From: Candidatus Latescibacterota bacterium
GTDB taxonomy: Bacteria; Latescibacterota; UBA2968; UBA8231
Length of the DNA: 64,000 nucleotides
Direction of reading: 5' to 3'
Assembly: GCA_965200315.1 (NCBI GenBank)
Contig: OZ241362.1
Coordinates: forward strand, 224,001 to 288,000
Shown: positions 7,766 to 17,863 of the stretch, piece by piece
Position numbering within the stretch: the first letter of the stretch is position 1
Layout: each line of letters starts with the position of its first letter
The notes under the pieces: generated by a model
The model's database searches: none
What the model was told of the DNA's origin: nothing
The model's input: the letters and a program-made list of their open reading frames with translations, nothing else
Position numbers and translations under genes: made by a program

Positions 7766-10123
7766 GTGGAGTGGCGCAAGGACCTAGGTGCGGTGGGGCT
7801 GCTCGGGGCCGCGGTCGCCGTTTTCTTTTGGCCGGCCACTGCGCTAGAGGGGGCGTTTTTCGTGCAGGACGTGATGGTGCAAAACCACCCGTTCCGCGAC
7901 TTTTTCGCCCGCGCCCTCCGCGAAGGTCAATTGCCGCTGTGGAATGCGGCCATCAACTGCGGCTTCCCCCTGTTTGCCGAAGGCCAAGCCGGGCCGCTGT
8001 ATCCGCCCAATGTGATTTTGGCGTTGCTTTTGCCCACATGGGCCGCGCTAAACTGGAACATAGTCTTGCACCTGTGGTTGGCGAGCGCGGGCATGTACGC
8101 ACTGGTGCGTGCCTTTGGCGTGGTGCGACCGGCTGCGCTGTGCGCCGGGCTTTGCTACGCCCTGAGCGGATACATGGTCGTGCGGGCCATGTCGCCCAAC
8201 TTCATCGACGTATGCGCTTGGCTGCCGCTGCTGTTTTGGCTCGTCGATCGCATCCTGAAGCGGGGGCACTTTTTTTACGTATTGCTCTTTGCCTTGGTGT
8301 TTGGCTTGCAACTGCTGGCCGGCCACCCCCAAGCCGCCCTATACGGGGCCGTCGCTGTTGCGGGCTACTGGCTCTATCGGAGTTGGGTTCAGGGCGCGGG
8401 ATGGATCGCTTGGCTGGCACTGGCGGTCGCATTCGCGTTGGGGGCAGCCCTAGCCGCTGTCCAGCTAGGACCTACCGCCGAATTAGTGCAGCTATCCAAT
8501 CGCGGGGCTGGCTTGTCGTGGGCCAGCTTTGTGGCGATGTCGCTGCCGCCCGAGCGGCTGGCTACCTTGTTGTGGCCCAATTTCTTCGGCAATTCGGCGC
8601 ACGGCACCTACGGGAGCCGAGAGCTAGGGTTCTTCATCCAACTCTGTGCCTACGTCGGCGTGGTGCCGCTGTTTTTGGCGTGGGCGGCCCTGCGCGAGCG
8701 GCGGGACGGCCAAGTCGGTTTTTTTGCCGCGCTCGCCCTCGCTGGCTTGGTGCTCGCACTGGGCCAATACACGGCCATCTTTTCCTTTTTTCATCAAATC
8801 CCGGGATTTAGCCTGTTCCGCATCCCGACGCGCTTTTTGTTGTGGTTTGCCGTGGGGGTATCCGTGCTCTGCGGCCTCGGCCTCGACCAAGTGCTGCGCC
8901 GCCAGCGTCAACGGCCGGCGAATGGCTGGCTGCTGGCTGTAGTTTTCGGTGCGGTCAGTGTGGGTCTGCTGTGGGTCAGCGAGGTCGCGCTTTTTGGCGA
9001 CCCAGAAACGCGCTACATCCACCACTTACGTGGCGACAGCCTGCGGCTTGTAGGGGCCTTGATGATCGGCGCGTGGCTGCTCGGGCGACGAGCGCGGCGA
9101 GCCGCAGCGTGGGCCGCGCCCGTGGCCATTTTTGCCGAGTTGTACAGCTTTGGCGCGGATTTTAACGGTACTATAGAACCGGCTGCGTACACGGAGACTC
9201 CGACGACGGCGCACGAGATTTTGGCCGACCACTCGGCGGCTGTACCGCCGCGAATCGTCAGCTTGGTCTCCGAGCGCAACTCGCCATTTGACTGGCACGG
9301 GGGATGGGCCTACGACTTGGGGTCCTATCGGCGTTATAACGAAACCTTGCGGATGTATTCGGGGGGGCTATACGGCGTGGCCAACGCGCTGCCGGGGTGG
9401 AGCCCGCTGCACCTGTATCGCCACGGAGAATTCGCCCGCGGCTATCCGGCGTTTGCCGCCTTGGCCGGCGTGGAATACGCGGTGCGCTACAGCCGCGACG
9501 GGGACCTCGATGTGCAGCGGCTGCCGGCGGCCTTGCCCCGCGCGTACGTGGTGGGCCAATTCCACCGCGCCACCAGCCCGCGAGCCGGGCTGAGTTATAT
9601 GGCTCGCGGGTTTCCCATGCGGCGCGAAGTCGTCTTGGAGGAAGCGCCCGCCACCTCGATTGGTCCGGGCGGTGCGGCGCAGATCGTCCGCTACGAGGAC
9701 GAGGAAGTCGCCGTGGCCCTCGCCGACGCGGCCGGGGGAATTTTGGTCTTGAGCGATACGTACTATCCGGGCTGGCGGGCCTTTGTCGATGGGGTCGAGC
9801 GCCCTATTCTTCGCGCCAATCACGTATTCCGCGCCGTAGTGGTCCCGGCCGGGGCGCAAGAGGTCGTCTTTTCGTACGAGCCGGATAGTTTCCGCTATGG
9901 CTTGCTGGTCAGCGTGGCCGCGGCCGCGCTCTGGCTGGGGCTGGCTTGGGGTAGGCGGTGGCTGATCCTTCCTCCGGTGAGGAACATGCCGGTGGATGCG
10001 GGGGCGCAGTTGAAGGTCCGGGCTGTGCTGGGAGTCTTGATCTTCGTGATTCACGGAATAGCTACGCAGGGGCCTTTGTGGAGCGGGTGGCTCGAACGCC
10101 TGCGGCTAGGGGTGGGGGCGTGA
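7766..10123 (+). CDS. YfhO family multi-TM membrane protein (GT-C-like)
   Basis: PLWN..GFP, LLAGHPQ, many TM segments and C-terminal LSDTYYPGWRAFVDG. Confidence 0.85.
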   Translation: MEWRKDLGAVGLLGAAVAVFFWPATALEGAFFVQDVMVQNHPFRDFFARALREGQLPLWNAAINCGFPLFAEGQAGPLYPPNVILALLLPTWAALNWNIVLHLWLASAGMYALVRAFGVVRPAALCAGLCYALSGYMVVRAMSPNFIDVCAWLPLLFWLVDRILKRGHFFYVLLFALVFGLQLLAGHPQAALYGAVAVAGYWLYRSWVQGAGWIAWLALAVAFALGAALAAVQLGPTAELVQLSNRGAGLSWASFVAMSLPPERLATLLWPNFFGNSAHGTYGSRELGFFIQLCAYVGVVPLFLAWAALRERRDGQVGFFAALALAGLVLALGQYTAIFSFFHQIPGFSLFRIPTRFLLWFAVGVSVLCGLGLDQVLRRQRQRPANGWLLAVVFGAVSVGLLWVSEVALFGDPETRYIHHLRGDSLRLVGALMIGAWLLGRRARRAAAWAAPVAIFAELYSFGADFNGTIEPAAYTETPTTAHEILADHSAAVPPRIVSLVSERNSPFDWHGGWAYDLGSYRRYNETLRMYSGGLYGVANALPGWSPLHLYRHGEFARGYPAFAALAGVEYAVRYSRDGDLDVQRLPAALPRAYVVGQFHRATSPRAGLSYMARGFPMRREVVLEEAPATSIGPGGAAQIVRYEDEEVAVALADAAGGILVLSDTYYPGWRAFVDGVERPILRANHVFRAVVVPAGAQEVVFSYEPDSFRYGLLVSVAAAALWLGLAWGRRWLILPPVRNMPVDAGAQLKVRAVLGVLIFVIHGIATQGPLWSGWLERLRLGVGA

Positions 10124-11988
10124 GGGTGGGGGCTTCGGCAAGCTCAGCCGAGACGATTATCGGGCTGGCCGCAGGGACTGCCGCGCTTGTAATCTATGGC
10201 ATGACGCTGTGCCCGACCGTGTACGTAGAGGGGAGCGGCGAGCTGATCGGCGCGGCCTACGGGTTGGGGACGGCGCATCCGACCGGCTATCCCTTGTTTT
10301 GCCTCAGCAGCCGCTTGCTCGCGCTGGTGCTGCCGTGGGTCAGCCCGGCCGTGGCGATTAATGCCGCGTCGGCCCTGTTTGCCGCGGCCTGTTGTGGGAC
10401 TTTGGCAGCCGTGCTCTACGGGCGCGGGGCGCGGCCTGTGGTGGCTTTGGCCGCGGCCTTGGCGCTGGCGTTTTCGCGCACCTTTTGGTCCCAAGCCGTC
10501 ATCGCCGAAGTCTATGGCTTGGCTTTATTACTGGTGATCTTGGTGTTGGCCCAAGCCCTTAGAGTGTGTGAGAGCAAGGAGCCGCGCCAAGTGCTCCTCT
10601 TGGGCTGGCTGATGGGCTTGGGGCTGACGGCTCACTTGATGCAGGTGCTCGTGTGGCCGGGTGTGGTCGCGGTCTTGGCTTGGCGCTGGCCTGCGCTGTG
10701 GCGACGGCCCTTGTTGCTGGCGCAGGGGATGCTCGCTGCGCTGGGGGGATACAGCTTGGTGTCGTACCTGCCGCTGCGCAATGGCCAGGGTGGTGGGTTT
10801 CACTGGGGGCCGCTTGACGACCTAACGGCCCTGTGGGAGCACTTGAGCGGTGCGCTGTATCGCTCGTCGTTTTTTTCCCTGCCCTTAGAGGGCATGCTGC
10901 TCAATGCCCAGCGCTGGCTGGTGCAGGCCGCGGGCGAGTTTCACCTCGCGTTAGTGCCACTGATTGCTTGGGGTGGGTGGGCGGCTTGGCGGCGCGATCG
11001 CAGTGCGTTTGTCTTGGTTGGAGGGGCCATCGCCTGTAATTTGATCGCCGCGCTCAACTACCACCGCGATCCCAATGGCCTGCCGGTGTTTTACCTGCTC
11101 AGCATAGTGGGGTTGGCCGTGTGGTTGGGCATGGGGTTGGATGCGCTGGCTAGCCGGGTGCGGTCGGTTGTCTCGGTGCCGCTCGCCGCGCTCGTCGTCG
11201 CCTTGGTGCTAGCCACTCACTACGAGGAATCCGACCGCAGCGAAAATTGGGTCGCCGATCGCTATGGCCGCGACCTTCTCGCCGACTTGCCCGAGGGCGC
11301 GATCCTGATTACCGAGGGGGACGATGCGGCCTTTGTGCTCGACTACCTGCTGAGGATAGAGGGATTGCGCCCGGACGTGACTCTATACAACCGCATGGGA
11401 CGAGGGACGGATGTACTCGCTTGGAGCGAGTACGCGCTGCCCTCGCTAAGGCGGGAGCAACTGCGCTGGCGGCGCGAGGCCGCATTGGCTCGGGGCGAGC
11501 GGCCCCTTTTTTATTTGGTCCCGCGCCGCTCGCCGATTGCGGGATGGGTGTTTGTTCCGGCAGGCTTGGTCTATCGCCTGCAAGCACCTGACGACAGCAC
11601 GGGGGCCGCCCGGCAGATCGAGATGGGCAACGCGTTGGCCACGGGCTTTTTCCGCGACCCTTGGGTGAGAAAGATCCAGAGTAATTATTATTTTATGGCC
11701 GGCGAAGAGCGGCTATGGGCTGGAGATCGGGCCGGGGCTACGGCCGCGTACGAGCAGGCGGCGGCCCTCGCTTTCGACTCGCGCACCGTGCGCTTTAACG
11801 TGGCGCTTAAGTTGTTTGCAGCCGGCGAATTGGATCGCGCTATGGACCATGCGGCGGCCGCGGCCGCCATTGATCCTTGGCGGCCTATACCCTATCGCTT
11901 GATGGCGCGCATCGAGCGCGAACAGGGTCGCTATGCCGAGGCGCGACAACTGCTCGAAAAGGCCAATCGATTAGGAAAGACGCCTTGA
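10120..11988 (+). CDS. DUF2723 / TMEM260-like membrane protein with C-terminal TPR
   Basis: TLCPTV..SGEL, AHPTGYPL and WSQAVIAEVY motifs; TPR-like tail; GTG start overlaps the upstream TGA. Confidence 0.85.
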   Translation: MRVGASASSAETIIGLAAGTAALVIYGMTLCPTVYVEGSGELIGAAYGLGTAHPTGYPLFCLSSRLLALVLPWVSPAVAINAASALFAAACCGTLAAVLYGRGARPVVALAAALALAFSRTFWSQAVIAEVYGLALLLVILVLAQALRVCESKEPRQVLLLGWLMGLGLTAHLMQVLVWPGVVAVLAWRWPALWRRPLLLAQGMLAALGGYSLVSYLPLRNGQGGGFHWGPLDDLTALWEHLSGALYRSSFFSLPLEGMLLNAQRWLVQAAGEFHLALVPLIAWGGWAAWRRDRSAFVLVGGAIACNLIAALNYHRDPNGLPVFYLLSIVGLAVWLGMGLDALASRVRSVVSVPLAALVVALVLATHYEESDRSENWVADRYGRDLLADLPEGAILITEGDDAAFVLDYLLRIEGLRPDVTLYNRMGRGTDVLAWSEYALPSLRREQLRWRREAALARGERPLFYLVPRRSPIAGWVFVPAGLVYRLQAPDDSTGAARQIEMGNALATGFFRDPWVRKIQSNYYFMAGEERLWAGDRAGATAAYEQAAALAFDSRTVRFNVALKLFAAGELDRAMDHAAAAAAIDPWRPIPYRLMARIEREQGRYAEARQLLEKANRLGKTP

Positions 11989-12107
11989 CTTGGTTGCATG
12001 GTCCGTCCTTTTTCTGGCCAATTGGGGCCGGGGGTGCAGGATTTTTTTCCTCAAACCAATGTATGTTTGTAGGCATGAATAACGAGCGGTCTAACCGGTG
12101 ATTGGGT

Positions 12108-13520
12108 ATGCAGACCTTATTTTATGATGAACTGGCGTCCGCTCCATTTGCTTCTTGTGGCGGCCCGGCCCGGACGGACCTACAGAGGCGCTTTGCACAG
12201 CGGCTGCGAGTCAACCCGCAATTGAGCCGCAAGTTAGTGTCGTACCAAGGGAACAAGGGGGCGGTTGGGTTCCGTTGGCTGAAGTACAAAGAGGGGTTTT
12301 CCACCACGCTTGTCCGCCAGTTTATTGAACGCGGGCAGGCAAAGCAGGTTTTGGACCCGTTTTCAGGGGCCGGGACGACGGTGCTGACGGCGATGGGCAT
12401 GGGGATACCGGCCACGGGCATAGAAATTTTACCGCTCGGCACCTTGGCCGCGCAGACCGTTGCGTATGCCGCTAATGGGATGCCGCTCGCCGCGTTCCGC
12501 ACCACCGCTCACGCCTTGCTGAACGCCATCGCCGAAGGCAGCGACGCCGGCCAGCATGCGCTGGCCCACGTTCCGATTACACAGGGGGCCTTTCCCTGTC
12601 GCACGGCCCACGAGATCGCTCGCGCCCGCAAGTTCATCGCCGCGCTGACGGACCCGGCCTTGGCGACCGCGCTGAGCCTCGCTTGCGTGAGCGTCTTGGA
12701 AGAAGTCAGCTACACCCGCAAGGATGGTCAGTTCTTGCGCTGGGATCCACGCTCGGGCCGCACCGTTTCCACCAAGCTGAACAAGGGGCCGCTGCCGTCG
12801 TTTGCCCCGGCTCTCTCCACGCGCCTCCAGCAGATGATGCACGATTTTCCCCTGCTGAAAGCGCACTATGCCGGCCCGCTCCCGACGTTTATCACTGGCT
12901 CTAGTTTGACCGAGTTGCACAAATTGGACACTGGCCAGTTCGATTGCGTCGTCACTTCGCCCCCCTATGCCAATCGCTACGACTACACGCGGACGTATGC
13001 CCTTGAACTGGTCTATTTGGGCTATGACGACGTTCAGATCAAGGCATTGCGGCAGGCCCTGTTATCGGCAACAGTGGAAAACCGCTGTAAGCGCGCCGGA
13101 CTATGTGCTGCTTGGGAGGATGTGCCGACCCTCGAGCGCGTCTTTCGCATGGTGGATCAGCAAGCGGCCTTACAGGAGGTTCTCACCATTTTGCGTGACC
13201 GCGCCGCCGAGCTAAGCAATCGCAATGTGATTACTCTACTGGAAAACTACTTTACGGAAATGGCCGTCATCGTACATGAGTTGGGCCGCGTCGTACGCGC
13301 CGGGGGCCGCGTGTTCATGGTCAACGACAACGTGCGCTATCACGGCGAAGAGGTGCCGGTCGATTTGATTTTGTCGGACTTTGCCGAGCAATGTGGTTTT
13401 CACTGCGCCGCGATATGGATGTTGAAGCGAGGCAAGGGCAATTCCAGTCAACAGATGGGCCGCTTCGGTCGGCGCGAGATCAGGAAATGCGTATATGAAT
13501 GGATCAAGGTCGATGAATGA
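12108..13520 (+). CDS. Site-specific amino-DNA methyltransferase (SPPY type, likely m4C), type II R-M
   Basis: Motif I LDPFSGAGTT N-terminal to catalytic TSPPY; overlaps the downstream REase. Confidence 0.88.
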   Translation: MQTLFYDELASAPFASCGGPARTDLQRRFAQRLRVNPQLSRKLVSYQGNKGAVGFRWLKYKEGFSTTLVRQFIERGQAKQVLDPFSGAGTTVLTAMGMGIPATGIEILPLGTLAAQTVAYAANGMPLAAFRTTAHALLNAIAEGSDAGQHALAHVPITQGAFPCRTAHEIARARKFIAALTDPALATALSLACVSVLEEVSYTRKDGQFLRWDPRSGRTVSTKLNKGPLPSFAPALSTRLQQMMHDFPLLKAHYAGPLPTFITGSSLTELHKLDTGQFDCVVTSPPYANRYDYTRTYALELVYLGYDDVQIKALRQALLSATVENRCKRAGLCAAWEDVPTLERVFRMVDQQAALQEVLTILRDRAAELSNRNVITLLENYFTEMAVIVHELGRVVRAGGRVFMVNDNVRYHGEEVPVDLILSDFAEQCGFHCAAIWMLKRGKGNSSQQMGRFGRREIRKCVYEWIKVDE

Positions 13521-14475
13521 CGCACAACTTAGCAGTGCCCAAGCCCGAGCATTGATATTGTCGAAGGCCATCAAACGCCGAGATGACGTACGAATCCGCA
13601 TGTTGATTGAGGATTTTGATAGCGCGTTGGATTACGAGGAATATGGGCTGGAAGAACTTGCAATCTCCGATAAAGCGTGGGCCTGTGTCCAGCGGTTAAA
13701 GCTCGAGCCTAAAATGGTCTTTGCCCATCCGGCCTTGCTGCAACAATACCCGAAAGCCTCGCTCTATTATCGGGGTATTGCGACCTTATCCTTGAAACGG
13801 GTAAGTAGCATGGCGACAAACGTTGATGCTTGGGAAAACCCGTCCCAAGGTAAAAGGCACACTGCTAAGAAAGAAGCCGTCTTTAAGGTGACGAGGCTCT
13901 ACAATGCGGTGATTTCTTCGATTGTAGAAGGAACAGATGCGTGGGCGTTGGAAAACGGCTACCGCAATATCTTGGCGACCATTGGCATCAGCCAAGACGG
14001 GAAGATGCGCAACATCATCGGCCAAGAAGCTGAACGCGCAGTTCGAGATAAGTTGCTCCAGTGGATTAAAGATGTGGGGATTCCTTGTGAACAAAAAGGG
14101 GCGTGGTTTGAATTAGGCGCGGCGAAAACCGTCCGCATGACCTACGGCTCTGAGCCTGATATTATGTTTGAAAGATACGACGAAAAGGCGCAAAGCTGGG
14201 CTTTAGAGGTGACGATTGAGATCAAAGGCGGAATGGACCCAGCCGGTGCTCTAGAGCGATTGGGGGCCATCAAGAAGAGCTTCGATCAAACCCCGGCCCG
14301 AGTGGAAAACATCGCCATACTGGGCGTGGTCACGTCTGCGATGCGTGCAGAGTTAGACCAAATGAAGATAGTGGATTTCGACCTGTATGACGTGGTCAAT
14401 TCCAAAGAAGGTTGGGACAGGTTTGTGGAAGAGTTGTTCTGCCACAAACTGCGGTTACTGCTATGGAAAAATTAA
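13513..14475 (+). CDS. XcyI-family-like type II restriction endonuclease
   Basis: SEPDI...IEIKGG PD-(D/E)XK core followed by ERLGAIKKSF; AT-richer than flanks; coupled to the MTase. Confidence 0.75.
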   Translation: MNDAQLSSAQARALILSKAIKRRDDVRIRMLIEDFDSALDYEEYGLEELAISDKAWACVQRLKLEPKMVFAHPALLQQYPKASLYYRGIATLSLKRVSSMATNVDAWENPSQGKRHTAKKEAVFKVTRLYNAVISSIVEGTDAWALENGYRNILATIGISQDGKMRNIIGQEAERAVRDKLLQWIKDVGIPCEQKGAWFELGAAKTVRMTYGSEPDIMFERYDEKAQSWALEVTIEIKGGMDPAGALERLGAIKKSFDQTPARVENIAILGVVTSAMRAELDQMKIVDFDLYDVVNSKEGWDRFVEELFCHKLRLLLWKN

Positions 14476-14927
14476 ATCGCATACTCAATCCTCATAAGGT
14501 CGTCCTAAACTTGGCGGCGCAACGCAACTTCGACGCCATCCGCGAATTGGCTACCGTGCTGTGGCAAGACGAGATCGTGCCCGATCAAAAGCGCTTGCTG
14601 GCGGCCTTGATTCGGCGCGAACAACAAGCCTCTACGGGCATTGGCAAGGGCGTGGCCGTACCCCATGCACACGAGGATGGGATCCAGCGCCAGCTCTTGG
14701 CCATCGGCATCTCGCAGGCCGGCATTGACTTTGGCGCACCCGATGCCCAGCCCGTCCACATCATCGCGCTGTTGGTCACGCCCCGCAAACACCAAAAACA
14801 GCACATGGTGCTGCTGGCGGCCCTGTCACAACGCTTGCAGCAAGCGGAAGTACGCCAGCGCTTGCTGCAAGCGGCTGATGCGGCTGAGGTCGTCGATATT
14901 TTTACGGGCGATTCACCTTCCGGCTGA
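14463..14927 (+). CDS. PTS EIIA domain protein (Fru/Ntr type)
   Basis: RE..STGIGKGVAVPHA phospho-His motif and DFGAPDAQPV. Confidence 0.9.
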   Translation: MEKLNRILNPHKVVLNLAAQRNFDAIRELATVLWQDEIVPDQKRLLAALIRREQQASTGIGKGVAVPHAHEDGIQRQLLAIGISQAGIDFGAPDAQPVHIIALLVTPRKHQKQHMVLLAALSQRLQQAEVRQRLLQAADAAEVVDIFTGDSPSG

Positions 14928-14943
14928 GCGCAGCGCAAAAATC

Positions 14944-17016
14944 ATGGTTCCAGCATTCACTAGGGCGGTACACGGCCCTCTATTCGAGCGGCACTCGTGC
15001 TTTCTCGCCGGACCGCTCGTGGCGGGGCAGCGGCAGGCCCTGATTGAACGGCTGCGGGTTTTGCTCGCCGCCGGGGTGCCCGGGTACGCAATCTTGGTGC
15101 TGTTGCCCGACCGGGCGACCGCACGGCACTTTCGCCAATCAGTAGATCGGCTCGACTTGGGCCCGTACAGCAGCATTGATCTACAGACGTACTACGGGCT
15201 GGCGAGTAGGTTGGTGCGGCTGTTTTGGCCGCTGGTGGCTGGCAAGGCCGGCTTTGCGGCTCCAGCGCGGCCGCCGGTCTTCCTCAACTACGAAGCCGCC
15301 CAATACCTGATGGGGCAGGTGGTTGAGCCGCTGCTCGCCGAGGGCTATTTCGAGGGGCTGTACCTGCGGCCCCAGCGCATCCTCTCCCAATTGCTCGACA
15401 ATTTAAACAAGGCGGCTGTAGCGGATTTCGCGCTCGCGGAGGTGGCACCGCGCCTGAGTCGCGCTTGGGCTGGGGAAGAGCAGCGGTTGCGCGTGTACGA
15501 ACAGGTGCAGACGTGCGTCGACGGCTACCGCAGCCACTGCCTGCGGCACGGGTTGCTCGACGCGTCGCTGGTCTTTGAGGTCTGCAACCGCCACCTGATC
15601 GCGCAGGAGGAGTTCTGGCGCTACTTCACTGAGCGCTATCGCCACCTCTTGGTTGATTCGGCCGAGGAGCTGGTGCCGGTGGCCGGCGATCTGGTGCGGC
15701 GACTCTTGCCGAGGTGCGACTCGGCCCTGTTGGGGGGAGACGCGCAAGCCGGCTTCCGCATTTTTTTGGGCGTTGATGCGCCCGGTGCCACCGAGCTACA
15801 GCAGCAGTGCAAGGAGATGATTGCCGCGGCACCGGCGGCATGTGCCAGCCGGGATATGGTGGCTTTTGCCAACTGCCTTGGCGCGAAGTTGGGACAAACA
15901 ACCGACGGAGCCTCAGGAGGATCGCCGCGGCTGGCGGTGGCGGATGTAGTGCAGACCCGCTACCGGGGGCAGATGATCGAGGCCGTGGCCCAGCGGATTG
16001 GCGAGAAGATCGCCGAGGGCGTGGCCCCGGGCGAAATCGCGGTTGTGGCCCCACACGCCGACGGGGTGTTACGCTTTCTCTTGTCCGAGACTTTTCGCGC
16101 TGCCGACATCCCCTTTGCGATCGTGCGGCGCTACGAGGCGTTGCGCGAAGAGCCGGTGGTGCGCACCTGTCTGGCGCTGGCCATTCTCGCCCACCCCGAT
16201 TGGGGGCTGCGACTTTCGCTCTTCGATTTGTCCGGGGCGTTGGAGCGGGTGCTCAAGCCCCTCGACCGGCTGCGAGCCGAACTGATGACTCGGCACTTGT
16301 ACGATCCGCGCTCGGGCCAGCTCAAACCCGCGAGCGCGTTGAATGCTGCGCTGGGAGAGCGAATAGGCCGGGCTGCGCTCGTCCGCTATGAAGCCCTGCG
16401 AGCTTGGATTGAGGCGTATCGCAGCGGCGCGGCCGACCCTTGGGACCACTTTTTGCGCCGGCTTTTCGGAGAGGTGCTGTCGCATGCCGCGCTAGATCCT
16501 GAAGACGCCGAGGTGTACAGCAAGCTGATCGCCTCGGCTACCTCGTTCCGCGAGGTGGCTCCAGCGATGGGGCTAGCGGGCGCGGCGGTTGGCCAGCGCT
16601 ACGTCGAGATGATAGGGTCCGGGGTCGTCGCCGCCCAGTATCTGACCGATGTCGATCTAGACGAGGCTCCAGAGTCCATTGCCCTCGTCGCGCCGGTCTA
16701 TACCTATTTGCTCTCCGGCCACGTGGCGCGCTACCAGTTCTGGCTGGACATTGGCTCGGCCAACTGGTGGGAGCCGCTGCACCAGCCCTTGACCAACCAC
16801 TACGTGTTGACGCGGCGTTGGGATACCGAAGAACGCTGGACCGACGCGGTGGATTACTCAATCCGCAACCGCAACCTCTACCGCTTGGTGCGGGGTTTGT
16901 GCCTGCGCTGCCGCGATGGGATTTACCTGTGCGCCAGCGAACAGGAGGGGCATGGTTCGGCGCAGGATGGGCCGCTGATGATGGCGGTGCAACAGGTCTT
17001 GCAGGAAAGTGGGTGA
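14944..17016 (+). CDS. Catalytically degenerate SF1 (UvrD-like) helicase
   Basis: Eroded Walker A (GPLVAGQR), ILVL motif Ia, Walker B LLVDSAEE and GEIAVV; no nuclease domain; start set at ATG 14944. Confidence 0.72.
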   Translation: MVPAFTRAVHGPLFERHSCFLAGPLVAGQRQALIERLRVLLAAGVPGYAILVLLPDRATARHFRQSVDRLDLGPYSSIDLQTYYGLASRLVRLFWPLVAGKAGFAAPARPPVFLNYEAAQYLMGQVVEPLLAEGYFEGLYLRPQRILSQLLDNLNKAAVADFALAEVAPRLSRAWAGEEQRLRVYEQVQTCVDGYRSHCLRHGLLDASLVFEVCNRHLIAQEEFWRYFTERYRHLLVDSAEELVPVAGDLVRRLLPRCDSALLGGDAQAGFRIFLGVDAPGATELQQQCKEMIAAAPAACASRDMVAFANCLGAKLGQTTDGASGGSPRLAVADVVQTRYRGQMIEAVAQRIGEKIAEGVAPGEIAVVAPHADGVLRFLLSETFRAADIPFAIVRRYEALREEPVVRTCLALAILAHPDWGLRLSLFDLSGALERVLKPLDRLRAELMTRHLYDPRSGQLKPASALNAALGERIGRAALVRYEALRAWIEAYRSGAADPWDHFLRRLFGEVLSHAALDPEDAEVYSKLIASATSFREVAPAMGLAGAAVGQRYVEMIGSGVVAAQYLTDVDLDEAPESIALVAPVYTYLLSGHVARYQFWLDIGSANWWEPLHQPLTNHYVLTRRWDTEERWTDAVDYSIRNRNLYRLVRGLCLRCRDGIYLCASEQEGHGSAQDGPLMMAVQQVLQESG

Positions 17017-17085
17017 GGGGTTGTGAAGAGTAGATATTGAGTTCGGGGAGGAATTACAAAACCTGATCGGTAGCGAGCTCTTTTC

Positions 17086-17115
17086 TTGACAATTTAGAAA
17101 GTCCCATATTATAGC
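17086..17115 (+). promoter_or_regulatory. Possible sigma-70 promoter in AT-rich insert
   Basis: TTGACA at 17086 followed by TATTATAG; spacing not ideal. Confidence 0.35.
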
Positions 17116-17459
17116 TACCGCAAGACAAATTCTGACGTTTTGACTTTGAAAAATGTTATGGATTAATAAAAGTTATATGGGAGATGTCCTCAGTAAATAA
17201 ATAAATAAAAAACACCCTAGAAGAATGTATGGTCGGCATAGAGTCTGATAGTCCTCTATTCAATAATTTCTTCCGGCCTCCCTCCACGTTTACTGACGAG
17301 ACTATTACTCCTTATTCGATCCGCTCTCGATCCTAAGATACCTTTTTAACCCCCTCCTTTAGATGGTGCTTGCTTAGAGTAATACGTCATTCTTATAGCT
17401 ATTGTCTCCCAAAAATAGCGATAGTGGCTCAATAGGGCCTTCAAGCTATCGGAAATTTA

Positions 17460-17863
17460 ATGCGACTCCATATTTTCTGTGGCATCTTATTGCTTCATTT
17501 TTTCTGCCCTGCATCTGCAATTGCCGGGCTTGCCCCTGAAGCTTGCGGCGTTTGTCATCTTCCCCGAATTATAGAGTGGAAGGCTTCAAAACACGCTCTA
17601 AAAAAACAAAATGCGAGACCTGCCACGATGAAGGTCATAGTGCTGATGTGATGAGAGCCAGACAATGCGCACGTTGCCATACTAAGGATTTGGTTTTCTT
17701 GGTGCAAAAAGCTAACTTTGCTCCTTGGGAACCTCATGATTTGGAACTCACACAACAAGCACTGTCAATGAAACAGATAGGTTACAGGCTGATTGCTGTC
17801 AGCGTCCTCCTGTTGGCTATTTATGGAGTATTCAGGAAATACAGAAAACGAGAGCGTGTGTAG
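17460..17863 (+). pseudogene. Membrane-anchored triheme cytochrome c split by a frameshift at an A7 run
   Basis: Frame 1: signal peptide plus CGVCH..EWKASKH; frame -1: CETCH, CARCH and a C-terminal TM with basic tail; junction at A7 (17600-17606). Confidence 0.75.

Noticed and set aside
14641-14943. Long 5' extension of the dead helicase
   Set aside because: Overlaps PTS EIIA in another frame; helicase-like sequence starts after ATG 14944. Same logic applied to the 9958, 32560 and 38385 starts.
17120-17459. Possible ncRNA or riboswitch in the AT-rich leader
   Set aside because: No recognisable family motif or convincing stem; an Rfam/Infernal scan would be needed.
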